Notes: a model not told the origin generated them from the letters alone. A stretch of DNA of 64,000 nucleotides from an uncultured bacterium (GCA_963749495.1 CAVVMW010000022.1:320001-384000); one strand, 5' to 3'; counted from the stretch's first letter, positions 10,005-21,770 are shown. Numbers and translations are program-made.

Positions 10005-11273
10005 TCACTGGTTGCCCCCGCGGAACTGCGGTGGGGCGTCGCACAACTCGTCGGCCTGGTCGAGTTCGCCCCCGGAGATTTGCGTTGGCACGGGGTGGAA
10101 CAGGCCCATCGCCTCGACGAGCCTCGGGTCCTTGATGGGGTAGGGCGCGTGACGGGAGTATTTTCTGAGGAACACCAGGCTCAAGAGGCCGCCCATGAAG
10201 GCCAGGCAGGCGGCGTCCAGCCAGAGCCAGCGCCAGGGGAAGCCGCCGGGGTGCAGCACGGGCATGATATTGAAGGAGAGGTCCACCCAATGCATGAGCC
10301 AGCACCAGGCGCACAGAGGGATCATGATGGAGAAGTTGTGCTTCACGCCGATGCGCAGCAGGGCGAGGAAGGGCAGGAAGAAATGGCCGAAGATAATGAC
10401 CATGCCGATATACCACCAGGTGCCCTTCTCGCGCAGCACATACCAGAAGGTCTCTTCGGGCATGTTGCCGTTCCAGATGATGAAGTACTGGGAGAAATGG
10501 ATGTAGGCATAGAAGACGGTGAAGGCCAGGAGCAACGACCCCAGGAAGTAATACTGGTGCTGGTGCAGCACCTCGGTCAGCACCCGCTGCCGATCCAGCA
10601 CGACCGTGATCACATACACGGTGGCCAGGGCCAGCCACACGCTGCCCGCATAATAATAGACCCCATACATCGTCGAGAACCATTGGTGCTGCAGGGCCTT
10701 GACCCAGAGGATGGCCCCGAGCGTGAGTGTGATGGCAAAGAGAACGATGCCGATGGCCGAGTAACGCCGCATCCGGTAGGTGGGCATGGCCCCGCCGGTC
10801 TGATCCTGGCGCAGCGACCAGTAACTCAACCGGTTGCTCAGCAGCCACCAGATCAGGAAACAGCACGCCGAGACCGCGTAGAACATCGGCAGGGTGAAGA
10901 GCGGTTGCTTAGCCGCCAGGGCGTGGTCCAGGCGCGGCGCCTCGTTCATCCACTGGTAGAGCAGCTTCGCCAGCAAGGCCAGCGGGATGAACAACAGGGC
11001 CATCCACGGGAACAACAGCCCGGCAATGTGCTCCGAGAGGCGCCGAATCGGCACCGACCACCCGGCATCGAAGAGGTGGTGCGCAATCACCAGGAAGAGC
11101 GCCCCCAGGCACAGGCTCAGGAAAAACATGAAGGCCAGCAGCCAGGAAAACGCAAATTGCCTCGTGTCGAGCAAAACGCCCAGCCCGCACAGCGCCCCGC
11201 CCCCGAGCGTCAAATACATCGGCGCCCGGCGCCATCTCGACAAGTCCAGAGGTGAATGGGAGTTGGAGGTCAT
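10005..11273 (-). CDS. actF: Alternative complex III subunit ActF
   Basis: AGWSVPIRRLSE, WFSTMYG, YIHFSQYFIIWNGNMPEE; polytopic membrane protein in the act operon. Confidence 0.9.
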   Translation of the reverse strand: MTSNSHSPLDLSRWRRAPMYLTLGGGALCGLGVLLDTRQFAFSWLLAFMFFLSLCLGALFLVIAHHLFDAGWSVPIRRLSEHIAGLLFPWMALLFIPLALLAKLLYQWMNEAPRLDHALAAKQPLFTLPMFYAVSACCFLIWWLLSNRLSYWSLRQDQTGGAMPTYRMRRYSAIGIVLFAITLTLGAILWVKALQHQWFSTMYGVYYYAGSVWLALATVYVITVVLDRQRVLTEVLHQHQYYFLGSLLLAFTVFYAYIHFSQYFIIWNGNMPEETFWYVLREKGTWWYIGMVIIFGHFFLPFLALLRIGVKHNFSIMIPLCAWCWLMHWVDLSFNIMPVLHPGGFPWRWLWLDAACLAFMGGLLSLVFLRKYSRHAPYPIKDPRLVEAMGLFHPVPTQISGGELDQADELCDAPPQFRGGNQ

Positions 11274-11917
11274 TTCTTCAGCCCCGCCCGCAGGTTCTCC
11301 GGCAGGTCGTCGATCGTGCCCACCTGGCTGAGCTGCAGGGCGCGCAGGTAGGCCACGATGGCCCAGCGGTCCGCCACCGTGATATTGGGGCCGTAGGCGC
11401 CCATGGTGCTCCGGCCATGCGTGATCACGTGAAACACTTCGCCGTCGGGCAACTCGACAATGCGCTTGTCGTGCAGGTTGGCGACTGCGGGCATTACGCC
11501 GAGCTTCTTGGTGATGCCGTTGCCGTCGGCCAATTGGCCGTGGCAGGGCGAGCAGTTGATCGTGAACCGCTGCCGGCCGCGCCGGAGCAACTCCGCGTTG
11601 AGCACCAGGGGATTGACCTCGACGAAATTGGTGGTGCCGGTGACCCGCCCGGTATTGGCCGGCGCATCTTCATAAGGATAAACGGGGCCGCCGGCGGTCT
11701 GCAGAGGCGCGCCCCGCGCGATCGTCCCCGGCACCGGCAACTGCGAACTCAGCCCGTTGGTAAAGAAGCCGTTGGGCTTTTGCGGGCGCAGTTTGAGTTG
11801 CCACTCCATGTCCGGAAAGATATACAGCGGCGGCTTGCGGAAGTGCGTCCCGCGAAAGCCGAGAATCCCGGCTGCCGCCGCCACACAGGCCAGGTAAATG
11901 ACCAGGAAATAGCGCAT
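11270..11917 (-). CDS. actE: Alternative complex III monoheme subunit ActE
   Basis: PDM..Q.K.RPQ, PVPGTIARG, INCSPCHG, DRWAIVAY. Confidence 0.9.
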   Translation of the reverse strand: MRYFLVIYLACVAAAAGILGFRGTHFRKPPLYIFPDMEWQLKLRPQKPNGFFTNGLSSQLPVPGTIARGAPLQTAGGPVYPYEDAPANTGRVTGTTNFVEVNPLVLNAELLRRGRQRFTINCSPCHGQLADGNGITKKLGVMPAVANLHDKRIVELPDGEVFHVITHGRSTMGAYGPNITVADRWAIVAYLRALQLSQVGTIDDLPENLRAGLKK

Positions 11918-11921
11918 CGCC

Positions 11922-12464
11922 CTAATCCTCCACGACCTCGATGTGCCGGCTGCCCGCCTCCTGGAGCAGCTTGCGGGTCTCGGTCTCCGAGTACTTGGGG
12001 TCGTCGCATTCGATGACCACGAAAAAGCGGTCGTGCGTGACGAGCGAGAACCGCTTGTTCTTGAGCAAGGGATGATAGAGGCGGGGCAGGCGGTTCAGGA
12101 ACAGCATGCCCCCCAGCGCGCCGAACGCCCCGAAGAGGATCGTCAACTCGTAGGAGGGCGGGAAGGCCGAGAAAGGGCTGAACATGGGCTTGCCGCCGAT
12201 GACAATCGGGTAGTCATACGCGTTCATGAACCAGATCATCAGCATGCCGGTCGTGTAGCCGAGCACCCCGCCAATGAAGGCGAACCAGCCCACCCTCGAG
12301 TTCTTCAGGCCCATGGCCTTGTCCATCCCGTGCACGGGGAAGGGCGTGAAAACGTCCCACCTGCGGTAGCCCGCCTCGCGCACCTTCTCCGCCGCGTGCA
12401 GGACCGCCGCCGCCGTCATGAACTCCGCCGCGATGCCGTAAGGTTTGGAGACGGAGCTAGTCAT
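11922..12464 (-). CDS. actD: Alternative complex III subunit ActD (DUF3341)
   Basis: DVFTPFPVHGMD, YPIVIGGKP, ELTILF. Confidence 0.92.
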   Translation of the reverse strand: MTSSVSKPYGIAAEFMTAAAVLHAAEKVREAGYRRWDVFTPFPVHGMDKAMGLKNSRVGWFAFIGGVLGYTTGMLMIWFMNAYDYPIVIGGKPMFSPFSAFPPSYELTILFGAFGALGGMLFLNRLPRLYHPLLKNKRFSLVTHDRFFVVIECDDPKYSETETRKLLQEAGSRHIEVVED

Positions 12465-12603
12465 CGGATGCCTCCTTTCCTGGGCCGCTTTCCGGGCGCG
12501 GTTGACCCGGGACGAGGGTCGAGGGGCCGAAAGCGAGGGTCGGGTCTGGACGCTTCTCTCGGCATTGCGCTCACGCCGATCTGGCCTGGGGGCTCAGCGT
12601 TCT

Positions 12604-12792
12604 TGACGCCAAAGGCGTCGTTCATACCAGCCCAGGGCAACGCCCTGGGAACAGGGGCCCCAAAGCCATTCCGAGCGCTGAAGGCGCGATTCATCCTATG
12701 AAGCAGGCCGTTGGCCTGCAACAGGACGAAACGCCCCTGGAGTTCCCAGGGCGTTGCCCTGGGCTGGTATGAGCCAGGCCTTCGGCCTGAAG
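12604..12792. repeat. REP doublet (ATACCAGCCCAGGGCAACGCCCTGGG family) between actC and actD
   Basis: Two inverted copies of the core. Related copies at 14485-14670, 21771-21872 and 62315-62416. Confidence 0.8.
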
Positions 12793-12875
12793 GCGGCCCG
12801 CTGAAATCCGAACTCCGAAATTCCTTGCGGACAGGCACGGGATTCGGAACGAATGAGCCATTCATCACTGGTTTC

Positions 12876-14348
12876 TCACGCCTCCCCATGGATGACCTCC
12901 TGTGGTTTTGCCCCGCCCAACGGGTGGTGCGGGTCGGCCTGCGGCGTGACGCCTTTGACCTCGGAAATGGCGATCATGGGCATGAACCTGAGGAAGAGCA
13001 GGAACAGGGTAAAGAACAGCCCAAAAGTGCCGACGTACGTGCCGATGTCCACCCAGGTGGGCCGGTAGTAGCCCCAGTTGGACGGGATGAAATCGCGGTG
13101 AAGCGAGACCACGATGATGACAAACCGCTCGAACCACATGCCGACGTTGACGAGGATCGAGATGATGAAGACCACGACCAGGTTCTGGCGCAGTTTCTTG
13201 AACCAGAACAGTTGCGGGACCAGCACGTTGCAGGAGACCATTATGATCCACGCCCACTGGTAAGGGCCCAGGGCCCGGTTGAGGAAATGGAACTGCTCGA
13301 AGGGGTTGCCGCTGTACCAGGCGATGAAAAACTCCATGGCGTAGGCATAGCCCACGATCGAGCCCGTGGCCAGAGTCACTTTGCACATGAGGTCAATGTG
13401 CCGCATCGTGATGATGTCCTGGAGCTTGAACAGTGCTCGCAGCGGGATTAGCAGCGTGAGCACCATTCCGAATCCGGAGAAGACGGCGCCGGCGACGAAA
13501 TAGGGCGGGAAGATGGTCGTGTGCCAGCCGGGCAGTTGCGAGACGGAAAAGTCGAGCGAGACGATCGAGTGGACCGACAGGACCAGGGGCGTCGAGAGGC
13601 CGGCGAGGATGAGATAGGCCTTTTCGTAGTTGCTCCAGTGGCGGTTGGAGCCGGTCCAGCCCAGGGCGAAGAGCCCGTAGAGGAACTGGCGCAACCGTGT
13701 CCTGGCCCGGTCCCTCAGCACCGCCAGGTCCGGGATCAACCCCATGTACCAGAAGAGCACCGAGACGGTGAAGTAGGTCGAGACGGCGAACACGTCCCAC
13801 ATCAGCGGGGAGCGGAACTGCGGCCAGATCGAGTTCGAGTTGGGCACCGGGAAAAGCCACCAGTCGTACCACGCCCGCCCCACGTGCAGCGCCGGGTAAA
13901 TCCCCGCGCACATGACCGCGAAAATCGTCATCGCCTCGGCGGCGCGATTGACCGCCGTGCGCCATCGCTGCCGCAGCAGGAACAGTATCGCCGAGATCAG
14001 CGTCCCGGCATGGCCGATGCCGATCCACCAGACGAAATTGACGATGTCCCACGCCCACATCACCGGGCGCATGTTGCCCCAGACGCCCACGCCGGTGGAG
14101 ACCTGGTAGGACACCAGGAAGACCAACAGGCCCAGGGCCAGAACGCTCGGCACGAACAGCACCCACCACCAGCCCGGCACCGGGTCCTCGCTCAGGGCCG
14201 CAACCCGGTTCGAGATCCAGCCCAACCCCCGGTTGTTGGCCACCAGCGGCGCCCGCTGCAACTCCAACGGCGTCTCCGGCGCCGTCACCACGCCCGGCCC
14301 CCGGTCCGGACTCTCCGCCTTGCCTACGATTAGCGCCTCAGCAGCCAT
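12876..14348 (-). CDS. actC: Alternative complex III quinol-binding subunit ActC (NrfD family)
   Basis: [51 protein letters not shown]. Confidence 0.95.
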   Translation of the reverse strand: MAAEALIVGKAESPDRGPGVVTAPETPLELQRAPLVANNRGLGWISNRVAALSEDPVPGWWWVLFVPSVLALGLLVFLVSYQVSTGVGVWGNMRPVMWAWDIVNFVWWIGIGHAGTLISAILFLLRQRWRTAVNRAAEAMTIFAVMCAGIYPALHVGRAWYDWWLFPVPNSNSIWPQFRSPLMWDVFAVSTYFTVSVLFWYMGLIPDLAVLRDRARTRLRQFLYGLFALGWTGSNRHWSNYEKAYLILAGLSTPLVLSVHSIVSLDFSVSQLPGWHTTIFPPYFVAGAVFSGFGMVLTLLIPLRALFKLQDIITMRHIDLMCKVTLATGSIVGYAYAMEFFIAWYSGNPFEQFHFLNRALGPYQWAWIIMVSCNVLVPQLFWFKKLRQNLVVVFIISILVNVGMWFERFVIIVVSLHRDFIPSNWGYYRPTWVDIGTYVGTFGLFFTLFLLFLRFMPMIAISEVKGVTPQADPHHPLGGAKPQEVIHGEA

Positions 14349-14484
14349 TACTTCCCTCCGGGAAAAAGTAAACCCGATTTAGATTCGCCCAGACTCTCCG
14401 TGAAGCCTTGCCCGCTCCGCCGCCTCCGGGGCGCAGAACAAAACCCTTGGAGCCAGGGTGGAATCGAGGTGCCGCTGCTTTGGG

Positions 14485-14670
14485 GACGCCAACGGCGTCG
14501 TTCATACCAGCCCAGGGCAACGCCCTGGGAACCGCCGCCCAAGAGCCATTCGGAGCGCTGAAGGCGCGATTCATCCTTATGAAGCAGGCCATTGGCCTGC
14601 GAAAATGAAAACCGTCCGGTTTTCCCAGGGCGTTGCCCTGGGTTGGTATGAATCAGGCCTTTGGCCTGTG
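14485..14670. repeat. REP doublet between actB and actC
   Basis: Same family and layout as 12604-12792. Confidence 0.8.
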
Positions 14671-14850
14671 AACCCCGGCGCAACAATTCCCCGGATGCCA
14701 CCGGGTCGAGGATCGAGCCGCGTATATATGGCCTCCTATGCAGAGATTGCTCAAGTCGTGGCCCGTCCCAGGTTTCGACGAATTCTGCCATCCGCGGCCG
14801 CCGCCGCGCGAGTTTCCACGTTTAACGTCTCACGGTTGACCTTTCACGTT

Positions 14851-17800
14851 TCACGTTTCACGTTTCAGCTTTCCACTCCTCCCTCCCTCCACCCCCCGCC
14901 CCTCGCCTTCCGAGGTCTCGGGCTGGAACGGGTCGCCCATCTTCTGCTCGAATTCCTGCATGCTCAGCGGGGTCTGGTAATAATCGGGCATGGCCGCGTT
15001 GGGATTGCGCACGCGCGCCAGGTAGGTGGTGCGCGGTTTGGTCAGCAACGCCTGCAGCACCGTGTAATCGCGGTCCAGTTTCTTGAGCTTGGAAACGCGG
15101 CTCTGCGGGTCGTTGAGATTTCCAAAGACTATCGCCCCTGCCGGGCAGGCCTGCGCGCACGCCGTCGTGAATGAGTCGCTCGGCACCACCACGTCGCCCG
15201 ACGCCCCCGCCTTGGTCTTTTGCGCTATCTTGGCCTGCTCGATGCGCTGGATGCAGAAGGTACACTTCTCCATCACGCCGCGCATCCGCACGGTCACGTC
15301 CGGGTTTTTGATCATCTTGATGAGGTCCCATTCGTCCTCAGGGCGGCGGGCCAGGGGCCCCAGGTAGAGCCGGTCCAGGGGCCGCTTGTTATAGTCGAAG
15401 AAATTGAAGCGGCGGACCTTGTAGGGACAGTTGTTCGAGCAGTAGCGGGTGCCGACGCAACGATTATAGGTCATCACGTTGAGCCCCTCCTGGTCGTGCA
15501 ACGTGGCATTGACCGGGCAGACATTTTCGCACGGGGCCGCCTCGCAGTGCTGGCAGAGCATCGGCTGGGTGAGGGCCTGGGGATTATCGATCCAGGCATC
15601 GAACTGCTGCCGGGCCTCGGGGTCGAAGGTCTCAAAGAAGTTCTCCTTGGCCTGCGGACTGCCCTTGGGCGCCGGGGGCTTTCCCGCGTAATAGCGGTCG
15701 ATCCTCAGCCAGTGCATCTCGCGTCCGCGCCGCACCTGGTCCTTGCCCACGATGGGCACGTTGTTCTCGCTCTGGCAGGCCAGCACGCACGCCGAACAAC
15801 CGACGCACAGGTTGAGGTCGATCGACATGCCCCATTGGTGCAGCCCCTTCTTCCTGAGTTCGTCGAATGGATTGGGATAGAGCGGCGCGGCCACCGGCAG
15901 GTCTTCGGCCTCCAGGTGCCTGGCAAAGGCGGGGTGCTGCCGATACTGGTCGAGGTTGGCCTCGCGGATAATCGGCCGGCCCTCGAGCGACCAGTGGCTC
16001 TGGGTGCATGAAATGGAGTGGGTCCCGCCGACTGCCCGCACCGTGGCCCCTGCGGCGATATTCTGGCCCGCGCTCGTCCGCAGCGGATACACGTCGAACC
16101 CGGCGCCCCGCCCCACACGCCCGGTCCGGGTGCGCCCGTAACCCAGCGCCAACCCGATCGAGTAATCCGCCATGCCCGGCTGCACCCACACAGGTCCGCG
16201 CACGCTGCGCCCGCCCAGGCTGATGTCCACCAGGTCGGAGTTCATCACCCCCAGCTCCCGCGCGGTTCGCCGGCTCATCAGCACGACGTTGTCCCAAACC
16301 ACTTTCGTGACCGGGTCCGGCAGTTCTTGCAGCCAGCCGTTGTTGTTGTAGCGCCCATCGTCCAGGCTGTAATCGCGATGGAACACTACCTCGAGCCTCC
16401 CCTTGCTCAACGCCATGGCGCGGGCGTCCCCGGCTGTGCCCCCGCTGCCTGCGCCCACCTGCCCCAGCGCCTCCGCCACCGCCCCCGGGTTCAGGCTCGA
16501 CCTCCACCGCCTTTGCCGCCGAGCGGGCCAAAAAACCGTCGTGCAGGAACTTGCGCCACGCCGACTCGGTCTCCCCGCCCCCCACAATCCCCGCGAACGT
16601 CTCCCGCACAATCCCATAAGGCTCCGTCACCTTGGCCCCGCCAATCCGTGCCAGGACTTCCAACTCCGTCAGCCCGCCGAACAGCGGCGCGATCAAAGGC
16701 TGTATCGGCACGAGCGTGCCGTCGCTGGTCCGGGCATCGCCCCATGACTCCAGGTAGTGGGCCGCCGGCAGGTGCCAGTCGCAATGAGCAAACGTCTCGT
16801 CCTCGTAATCGCCCAGCCGCACGACTGTCCTGGCCCGACGCTGGGTCCCGGCCCAAGCCAAATCAGCCGGGGCGCTATAGACCGGGTTGCCGCCCAGGAT
16901 GACCAGCGTCTCGACCTGCCCGGCGTTGAGCGCTTGAGCCAGTTCCTCCAGGCCGCCTTCCCCAGCATCCGGCGCGTCGTGGAACACCACCGTCCGGCCC
17001 AGGTTCCCCAGTCCCGCGTTGAGCGCGTGCGCCAGCACATGTACCGCCGCCGGCTGCCGATACCCGGCCACGACCAGCGACTTGCCCCGGTTGGCCTCGA
17101 GGTCTTTGGCGCACTGGGCCACCCACTGCGCCATCCACTGCGCGTCCACTCCGGCCGCCTGGCTCAATTGGGCCGTGTCCGCCTTGCCGCGCTCGAGCAC
17201 CGCGGCCGCCAGCGCCGCCGCCAGCGCCCCCACCGCACTGCTCGGCAGCCGCAAACGATGGTCCGCGCTAAACCCCGTCAGGCTCATCAGCCCCTCGGCC
17301 ACATAGAGCCGGTTCGGCGTGTCTTGGGCCGTCTCGATGCGCCGCCGCTGGGCAAAGCGGCGAATGTGGTTGTGAACGTCCGGCTCCGAGCCCAGAAAAT
17401 CGCAGTCGAGCGATACGACCACATTGGCCTCGTCGAACCGGTAGAGCGGGTGCACCGGTTTGCCGAAGGCCCGCGCTGCCGCGCGGCGATGGATGTCGAA
17501 ATCCACCGGCTCGAAGATGTGCCAGCGCGCCTGGGGCAATTTCCCGCTGATCTCCTTTTGCAGCCGGGCGCGGGAAGGGGAGGTGCTGCGCTCCAGCAGG
17601 AAATAAAGCCCCCGGCCGCCGTTCTGTTGCGCCTTGCGCCCCAGGTCCGCCAGGAAATCGTACGCGGCCTCCGGCGCGCAGTTGTTTGCCCCATGGACAA
17701 ACCGCGCCGCCCGGTCCGGGTCGTAGAGATTCAAGATCGAGGCCTGGGCAAAGCGGTCCGTGCCGCCGTTGCTGTCCGGGTGGCGCTTGTTGCCTTCGAG

Positions 17801-18169
17801 CTTGGTCGGCCGGCCATCATTGGACCTGGCGACCAGCGGAATCGCGCCGCCGGGCGCAGGCATCGCCGTCGCATATTCCCGGGGCACGCCGTGCGTGTAA
17901 TCCTCGGGCATTTGGCCGAACGGCTCGACCTGCTCGACCGGCCGCCGGCAGCCGCTCCCTGCAAAACCCAGACCCGCCAGCAGGAACGACGCCGACATGA
18001 GCTTGAGAAAGCTCCGGCGCGTGACCGGGTCCGCCCATTCGCCGGCCCCTGCCGGAAACTCGCGCTCGACCCATTGTCGAAACTCCGGCGCCTGCGCCAG
18101 CTCATCCAGGCTGCGCCAATAGACGCGCCCGGACTCGCCTTGGTTTGGTTCGCGGCTCAACGGTGGCAT
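14851..18169 (-). CDS. actB: Alternative complex III subunit ActB (molybdopterin-fold plus Fe-S domains), split by one frameshift near 16495
   Basis: YWRSLDEL, Tat TRRSFLK, GRPTKLEGN in ORF 15632-18202; CVGCSACVLAC, CQHCEAAPCENVCP, RGVMEKCTFC in ORF 14851-16617. Confidence 0.9.
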
Positions 18170-18825
18170 GCGGAACAGTTCTGCAGGGATTCCACCTTCC
18201 AATCGTGGACGAACTTCTCGCCGTTTGCCCTTTGCAAACGCGCGTTCTCCTCCGGATCATCGCTCCATTTCCACCCCAAATCCGTGATCCTGTCCGGTGG
18301 CCGGAGCTTCGCCGCCGGGTCGCGATGGCAATCCAGGCAGAACGTCATGCTCAACGGCTGGTAGTGATAAACCTCGTCCATCTTGTTGACCGGCCCGTGG
18401 CACTCTACGCAACTGATCCCCCGGTCCACGTGTACCGAATGATTGAAATAGACAAAGTCCGGCACGCGGTGTACCTGCACCCACGGTATGGGCCGGCCGC
18501 TCTGCGCGCTCTCGCGCACCAACCCCAGCCGCGGGTCGTCCTTGAGCACCTGGCTGTGGCAATTCATGCACGTCGAACTGGCCGGGATATTCGAGTACCA
18601 CGACTTCTCGACCGCATTGTGGCAATACCGGCAATCCATCCCCAACTGCCCCGCGTGTATCGCGTGCGAAAAGGCCACCGGCTGCTCCGGCTGGTAGCCC
18701 ACGCGCGAATACTTGGGCGTCAGGTAATACCACATGCCCCCCACCACGGCGCTGCCAGACAGCACCGTCCCGGCGAGGATCGTCGCCGGCAGCCGATTGG
18801 TCCACTTTGGGAAAATCGCCGACAT
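18157..18825 (-). CDS. actA: Alternative complex III pentaheme cytochrome ActA
   Basis: Five CxxCH motifs (CRYCH, CMNCH, CVECH, CLDCH, CSACH), QPVAFSH, PDFVYFNHS. Confidence 0.95.
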   Translation of the reverse strand: MSAIFPKWTNRLPATILAGTVLSGSAVVGGMWYYLTPKYSRVGYQPEQPVAFSHAIHAGQLGMDCRYCHNAVEKSWYSNIPASSTCMNCHSQVLKDDPRLGLVRESAQSGRPIPWVQVHRVPDFVYFNHSVHVDRGISCVECHGPVNKMDEVYHYQPLSMTFCLDCHRDPAAKLRPPDRITDLGWKWSDDPEENARLQRANGEKFVHDWKVESLQNCSACHR

Positions 18826-19044
18826 GTCGTGTCCGGGCCATTCCACCGCGCCCTGGCGCCAGATCGCGGCGCGCGCGGCTTTGCCCGGCATCGAATTTCT
18901 CTAGCCCGTGATCCCACACCGCGCAAGGGCGCCCGATAAGATTTTCGCAATTATAGGCATTGGTTATAGTTCGCATAAGAAGTATAAATGAACGCGGGAG
19001 GCCGGCTGGCGCGGGCGGATTTGCCAGGCGCCTCCGCGGCCGAG

Positions 19045-19262
19045 GCAACCCGGAGGGTTGCCAGAAGGTAGCCGGGGGTCGCGGCCTCGCCGCGACCCCC
19101 GGTTGACTGCGTCGAGGGCGCTGCACCCCGGATGGGGTGTCAGAAAGCAGCGTCCGTGCGGGTGAGCCTCTGGCATCCCTCCGGGATGCAAACGCGCTTC
19201 GCCGCTTGACCGGGGGTCTCGCTACGCTTCGACCCCGGCTTCTCTTATCCCTCCGGGATGAA
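19045..19262. repeat. REP-like palindromic doublet (CCCGGAGGG..GCCAGA family)
   Basis: cccggagggttgccaga ... tctggcatccctccggg arms with internal ccgggggtc/gacccccgg hairpins. Confidence 0.65.
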
Positions 19263-19311
19263 CCCGGGAAGCCTTGACCTGCGTCACCCCATCTTATAGT
19301 GTTGATCCACA

Positions 19312-19506
19312 ATGCTTGTGCCCGTTGCAAAGATCCAGGTGCGGAGGGACGAAGACGGGGTTTGGATTGCCAGGTCGCGACTGCTCCCAGGCTGCCATGC
19401 TCATGGCCAGGACCGCTGTGAAGCACTTTTGAGATTTCAGGCGGCTGCAAAGGCCCGCCTGGAAGCCCTGCTGGCAACCGGACGGCCCATCCCTGCTGCG
19501 GCCTGA
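19312..19506 (+). CDS. HicB-family antitoxin-like small protein
   Basis: DEDGVWIA..LPGCHAHG...EAL...G.PIP pattern. No hicA is adjacent. Confidence 0.6.
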   Translation: MLVPVAKIQVRRDEDGVWIARSRLLPGCHAHGQDRCEALLRFQAAAKARLEALLATGRPIPAAA

Positions 19507-19507
19507 G

Positions 19508-20341
19508 ATGAAGAATGTTACGCTGCCTTGCGGCGAAGGCGTGCCCGCCTTGGGCATGGGCACCTGGCACCTCGGGGACGATCCGGCCGCCCGGCAGGAG
19601 GAGGTGGCAACGTTGCGGCTGGGCCTGGAGTTAGGCGTCCGCCTCATCGATACCGCCGAAATGTATGGCGGCGGCGCGGCCGAGGAATTGGTGGGCCAGG
19701 CCGTCCAGGGCCGCCGCGACGGGGTGTTCCTGGTGGACAAGGTCCTGCCCTCCAATGCCTCCCGCACGGGCACGGTGGTGGCCTGCGAGCGCAGCCTGCG
19801 CCGGCTGAAGACAGACCGGATCGACCTCTACCTGCTGCATTGGCGGGGGAGTGTGCCTGTCTCGGAGACGGTCGCGGCCTTTGTGGAATTGCAGCGCGCT
19901 GGCAAGATCCGCTCCTGGGGCGTCAGCAATCTGGATCTCGCCGAGGTGCAGGCCTTGTGGTCCGCCCCGGCAGGGCAGCAGGTGCAAACCGATCAACTCC
20001 TCTACAACCTGAGTCGGCGCAGCGTCGAATGGGAGTTGCTGCCCTGGCTGCGCCAGCGGCGCATCCCCGTGATGGCCTATTCGCCCATCGAGCAGGCCAG
20101 GCTCCTGGACGACCCCAGGCTCATTGGCTTTGGCCGGCGCCATGGCATGACCCCGTCCCAGGCGGCGCTGGCCTGGCTGCTCGACAAAGATGACATCATC
20201 GCCATCCCCAAGACCAGCCGCCGCAAGCGGTTGAAAGAAAACCTCGGCGCGCTCGAACACCCATTGACCCCGCCGCAGCGCTCCGAGTTGGAGCGCCTGT
20301 TCCCGCCGCCTTCAGGCCCGGGCCCATTGGAGATGCTTTGA
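19508..20341 (+). CDS. Aldo/keto reductase
   Basis: LGMGTW, IDTAEMYG, IDLYLLHW, GVSN, AYSP, IPK. Confidence 0.93.
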   Translation: MKNVTLPCGEGVPALGMGTWHLGDDPAARQEEVATLRLGLELGVRLIDTAEMYGGGAAEELVGQAVQGRRDGVFLVDKVLPSNASRTGTVVACERSLRRLKTDRIDLYLLHWRGSVPVSETVAAFVELQRAGKIRSWGVSNLDLAEVQALWSAPAGQQVQTDQLLYNLSRRSVEWELLPWLRQRRIPVMAYSPIEQARLLDDPRLIGFGRRHGMTPSQAALAWLLDKDDIIAIPKTSRRKRLKENLGALEHPLTPPQRSELERLFPPPSGPGPLEML

Positions 20342-21729
20342 TCGTGAAATATGCTCCAATGCCCGATGCCCCGACGAAAATGAAATTGCCAGCGCGAAGC
20401 GGTCCGCTGGCCCGGACTGCCCGGCGCCTGGTCCGATCTTTGCAGCAGGCGGGTTTTCCGGCCTTCTGGGTGGGTGGGTGCGTGCGGGACCTGTTGCTGG
20501 GCCGCGTGCCCGGGGATTACGACATCGTCACCTCGGCGCTGGCGGAGCAGGTCGAGCGTCTCTTCAAGCGCACTGTTCCCGTCGGCCGCAAGTTCGGCGT
20601 GATCGTCGTCGTCGAGGGCGGCCACCCGTTCCAGGTCGCCACCTTCCGCGCCGAGGCGGGTTACCAGGATGGCCGTCATCCCGGGCAGGTCAGCTTCGGC
20701 AACGCCAGGGCCGACGCCGCGCGGCGGGATTTCACTATCAACGGCCTGTTCTATGACCCGATCACCGAGGTCCTTCATGATTGGGTGGGGGGCCAGACCG
20801 ACCTGCGCGCCCGGCTCATCCGCACCATCGGCCCGCCCGGCGAGCGGTTCGCCGAAGACCACCTGCGCCTGCTGCGCGCCGTGCGCCTGGCCGCCCAACT
20901 GGACTTCCAAATCGAGCCCGGCACCCTTGCCGCCCTCCACGCCAACGCCTCGAAGATTCGGGCCATCAGCGCCGAGCGCATCCGGGACGAGTTGGTGAAG
21001 CTGTTCCAGCCGCCGCACGCGGCGCGCGGCCTTGATTTGCTCCGTGAAAGCGGCCTGCTCGACCAGGTCCTGCCGGAAATCGCCGCCACGGCGGCCTGCG
21101 AACAGTCCCCCGATTTTCACCCCGAAGGTTCGGTCTTCAACCATTTGCGACTGATGCTGGCCCGGATGCCGCCCCAGGCCACGCCCCCGTTGGCCTGGGC
21201 GGTCCTGCTCCACGACGTGGCCAAGCCGGTGACCGCCTCCCGCGATCCGCAGACCGGCAGCGTGCGGTTCCTGGGCCATGAACGCATCGGCGCCCAGATG
21301 GCCGCCGCCATCCTCGAACGACTCCGCTTCCCGCGCAAACAGATCGAGGAGATCGTCCAGGCTGTGCGCTGCCACATGCAGTTCAAAGACGCGCCCCAGA
21401 TGCGCAAGTCCACCTTGCGCCGACTCCTGATGCGGCCCACCTTTTCGCTCGAACTGGAGTTGCACCGGCTGGATTGCCTCGGTTCAAACGGCAACTTGGA
21501 GGTCTATCGGTTCCTGCTCGACCAGGCCCGGGCCTTGGAGCGCCAGCCCCGCATCCGCCCCCCGCTGCTCAAGGGCGATGACTTGATCGCCCTGGGCCTC
21601 AAACCGGGCCCTGAACTGGGCGCGCTCCTGGCCGAAATCCGGGAACTGCAGTTGCAGGACGACCTCAAGACCCCGGCCCAGGCGCGAAGATGGGCCCGGG
21701 AAAGGTTAAAGGCCAAAGGCAAAGGCTAA
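20338..21729 (+). CDS. CCA tRNA nucleotidyltransferase / poly(A) polymerase family with HD domain (start uncertain)
   Basis: VGGCVRD, DYDIVT, RRDFTING, EDHLRLLRA, LLHDVAK. Confidence 0.9.
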   Translation: MIVKYAPMPDAPTKMKLPARSGPLARTARRLVRSLQQAGFPAFWVGGCVRDLLLGRVPGDYDIVTSALAEQVERLFKRTVPVGRKFGVIVVVEGGHPFQVATFRAEAGYQDGRHPGQVSFGNARADAARRDFTINGLFYDPITEVLHDWVGGQTDLRARLIRTIGPPGERFAEDHLRLLRAVRLAAQLDFQIEPGTLAALHANASKIRAISAERIRDELVKLFQPPHAARGLDLLRESGLLDQVLPEIAATAACEQSPDFHPEGSVFNHLRLMLARMPPQATPPLAWAVLLHDVAKPVTASRDPQTGSVRFLGHERIGAQMAAAILERLRFPRKQIEEIVQAVRCHMQFKDAPQMRKSTLRRLLMRPTFSLELELHRLDCLGSNGNLEVYRFLLDQARALERQPRIRPPLLKGDDLIALGLKPGPELGALLAEIRELQLQDDLKTPAQARRWARERLKAKGKG

Positions 21730-21770
21730 AGGCTAAAGGCTAAAGTGTGGAAGGGCAGGGTGTCTGAGGC

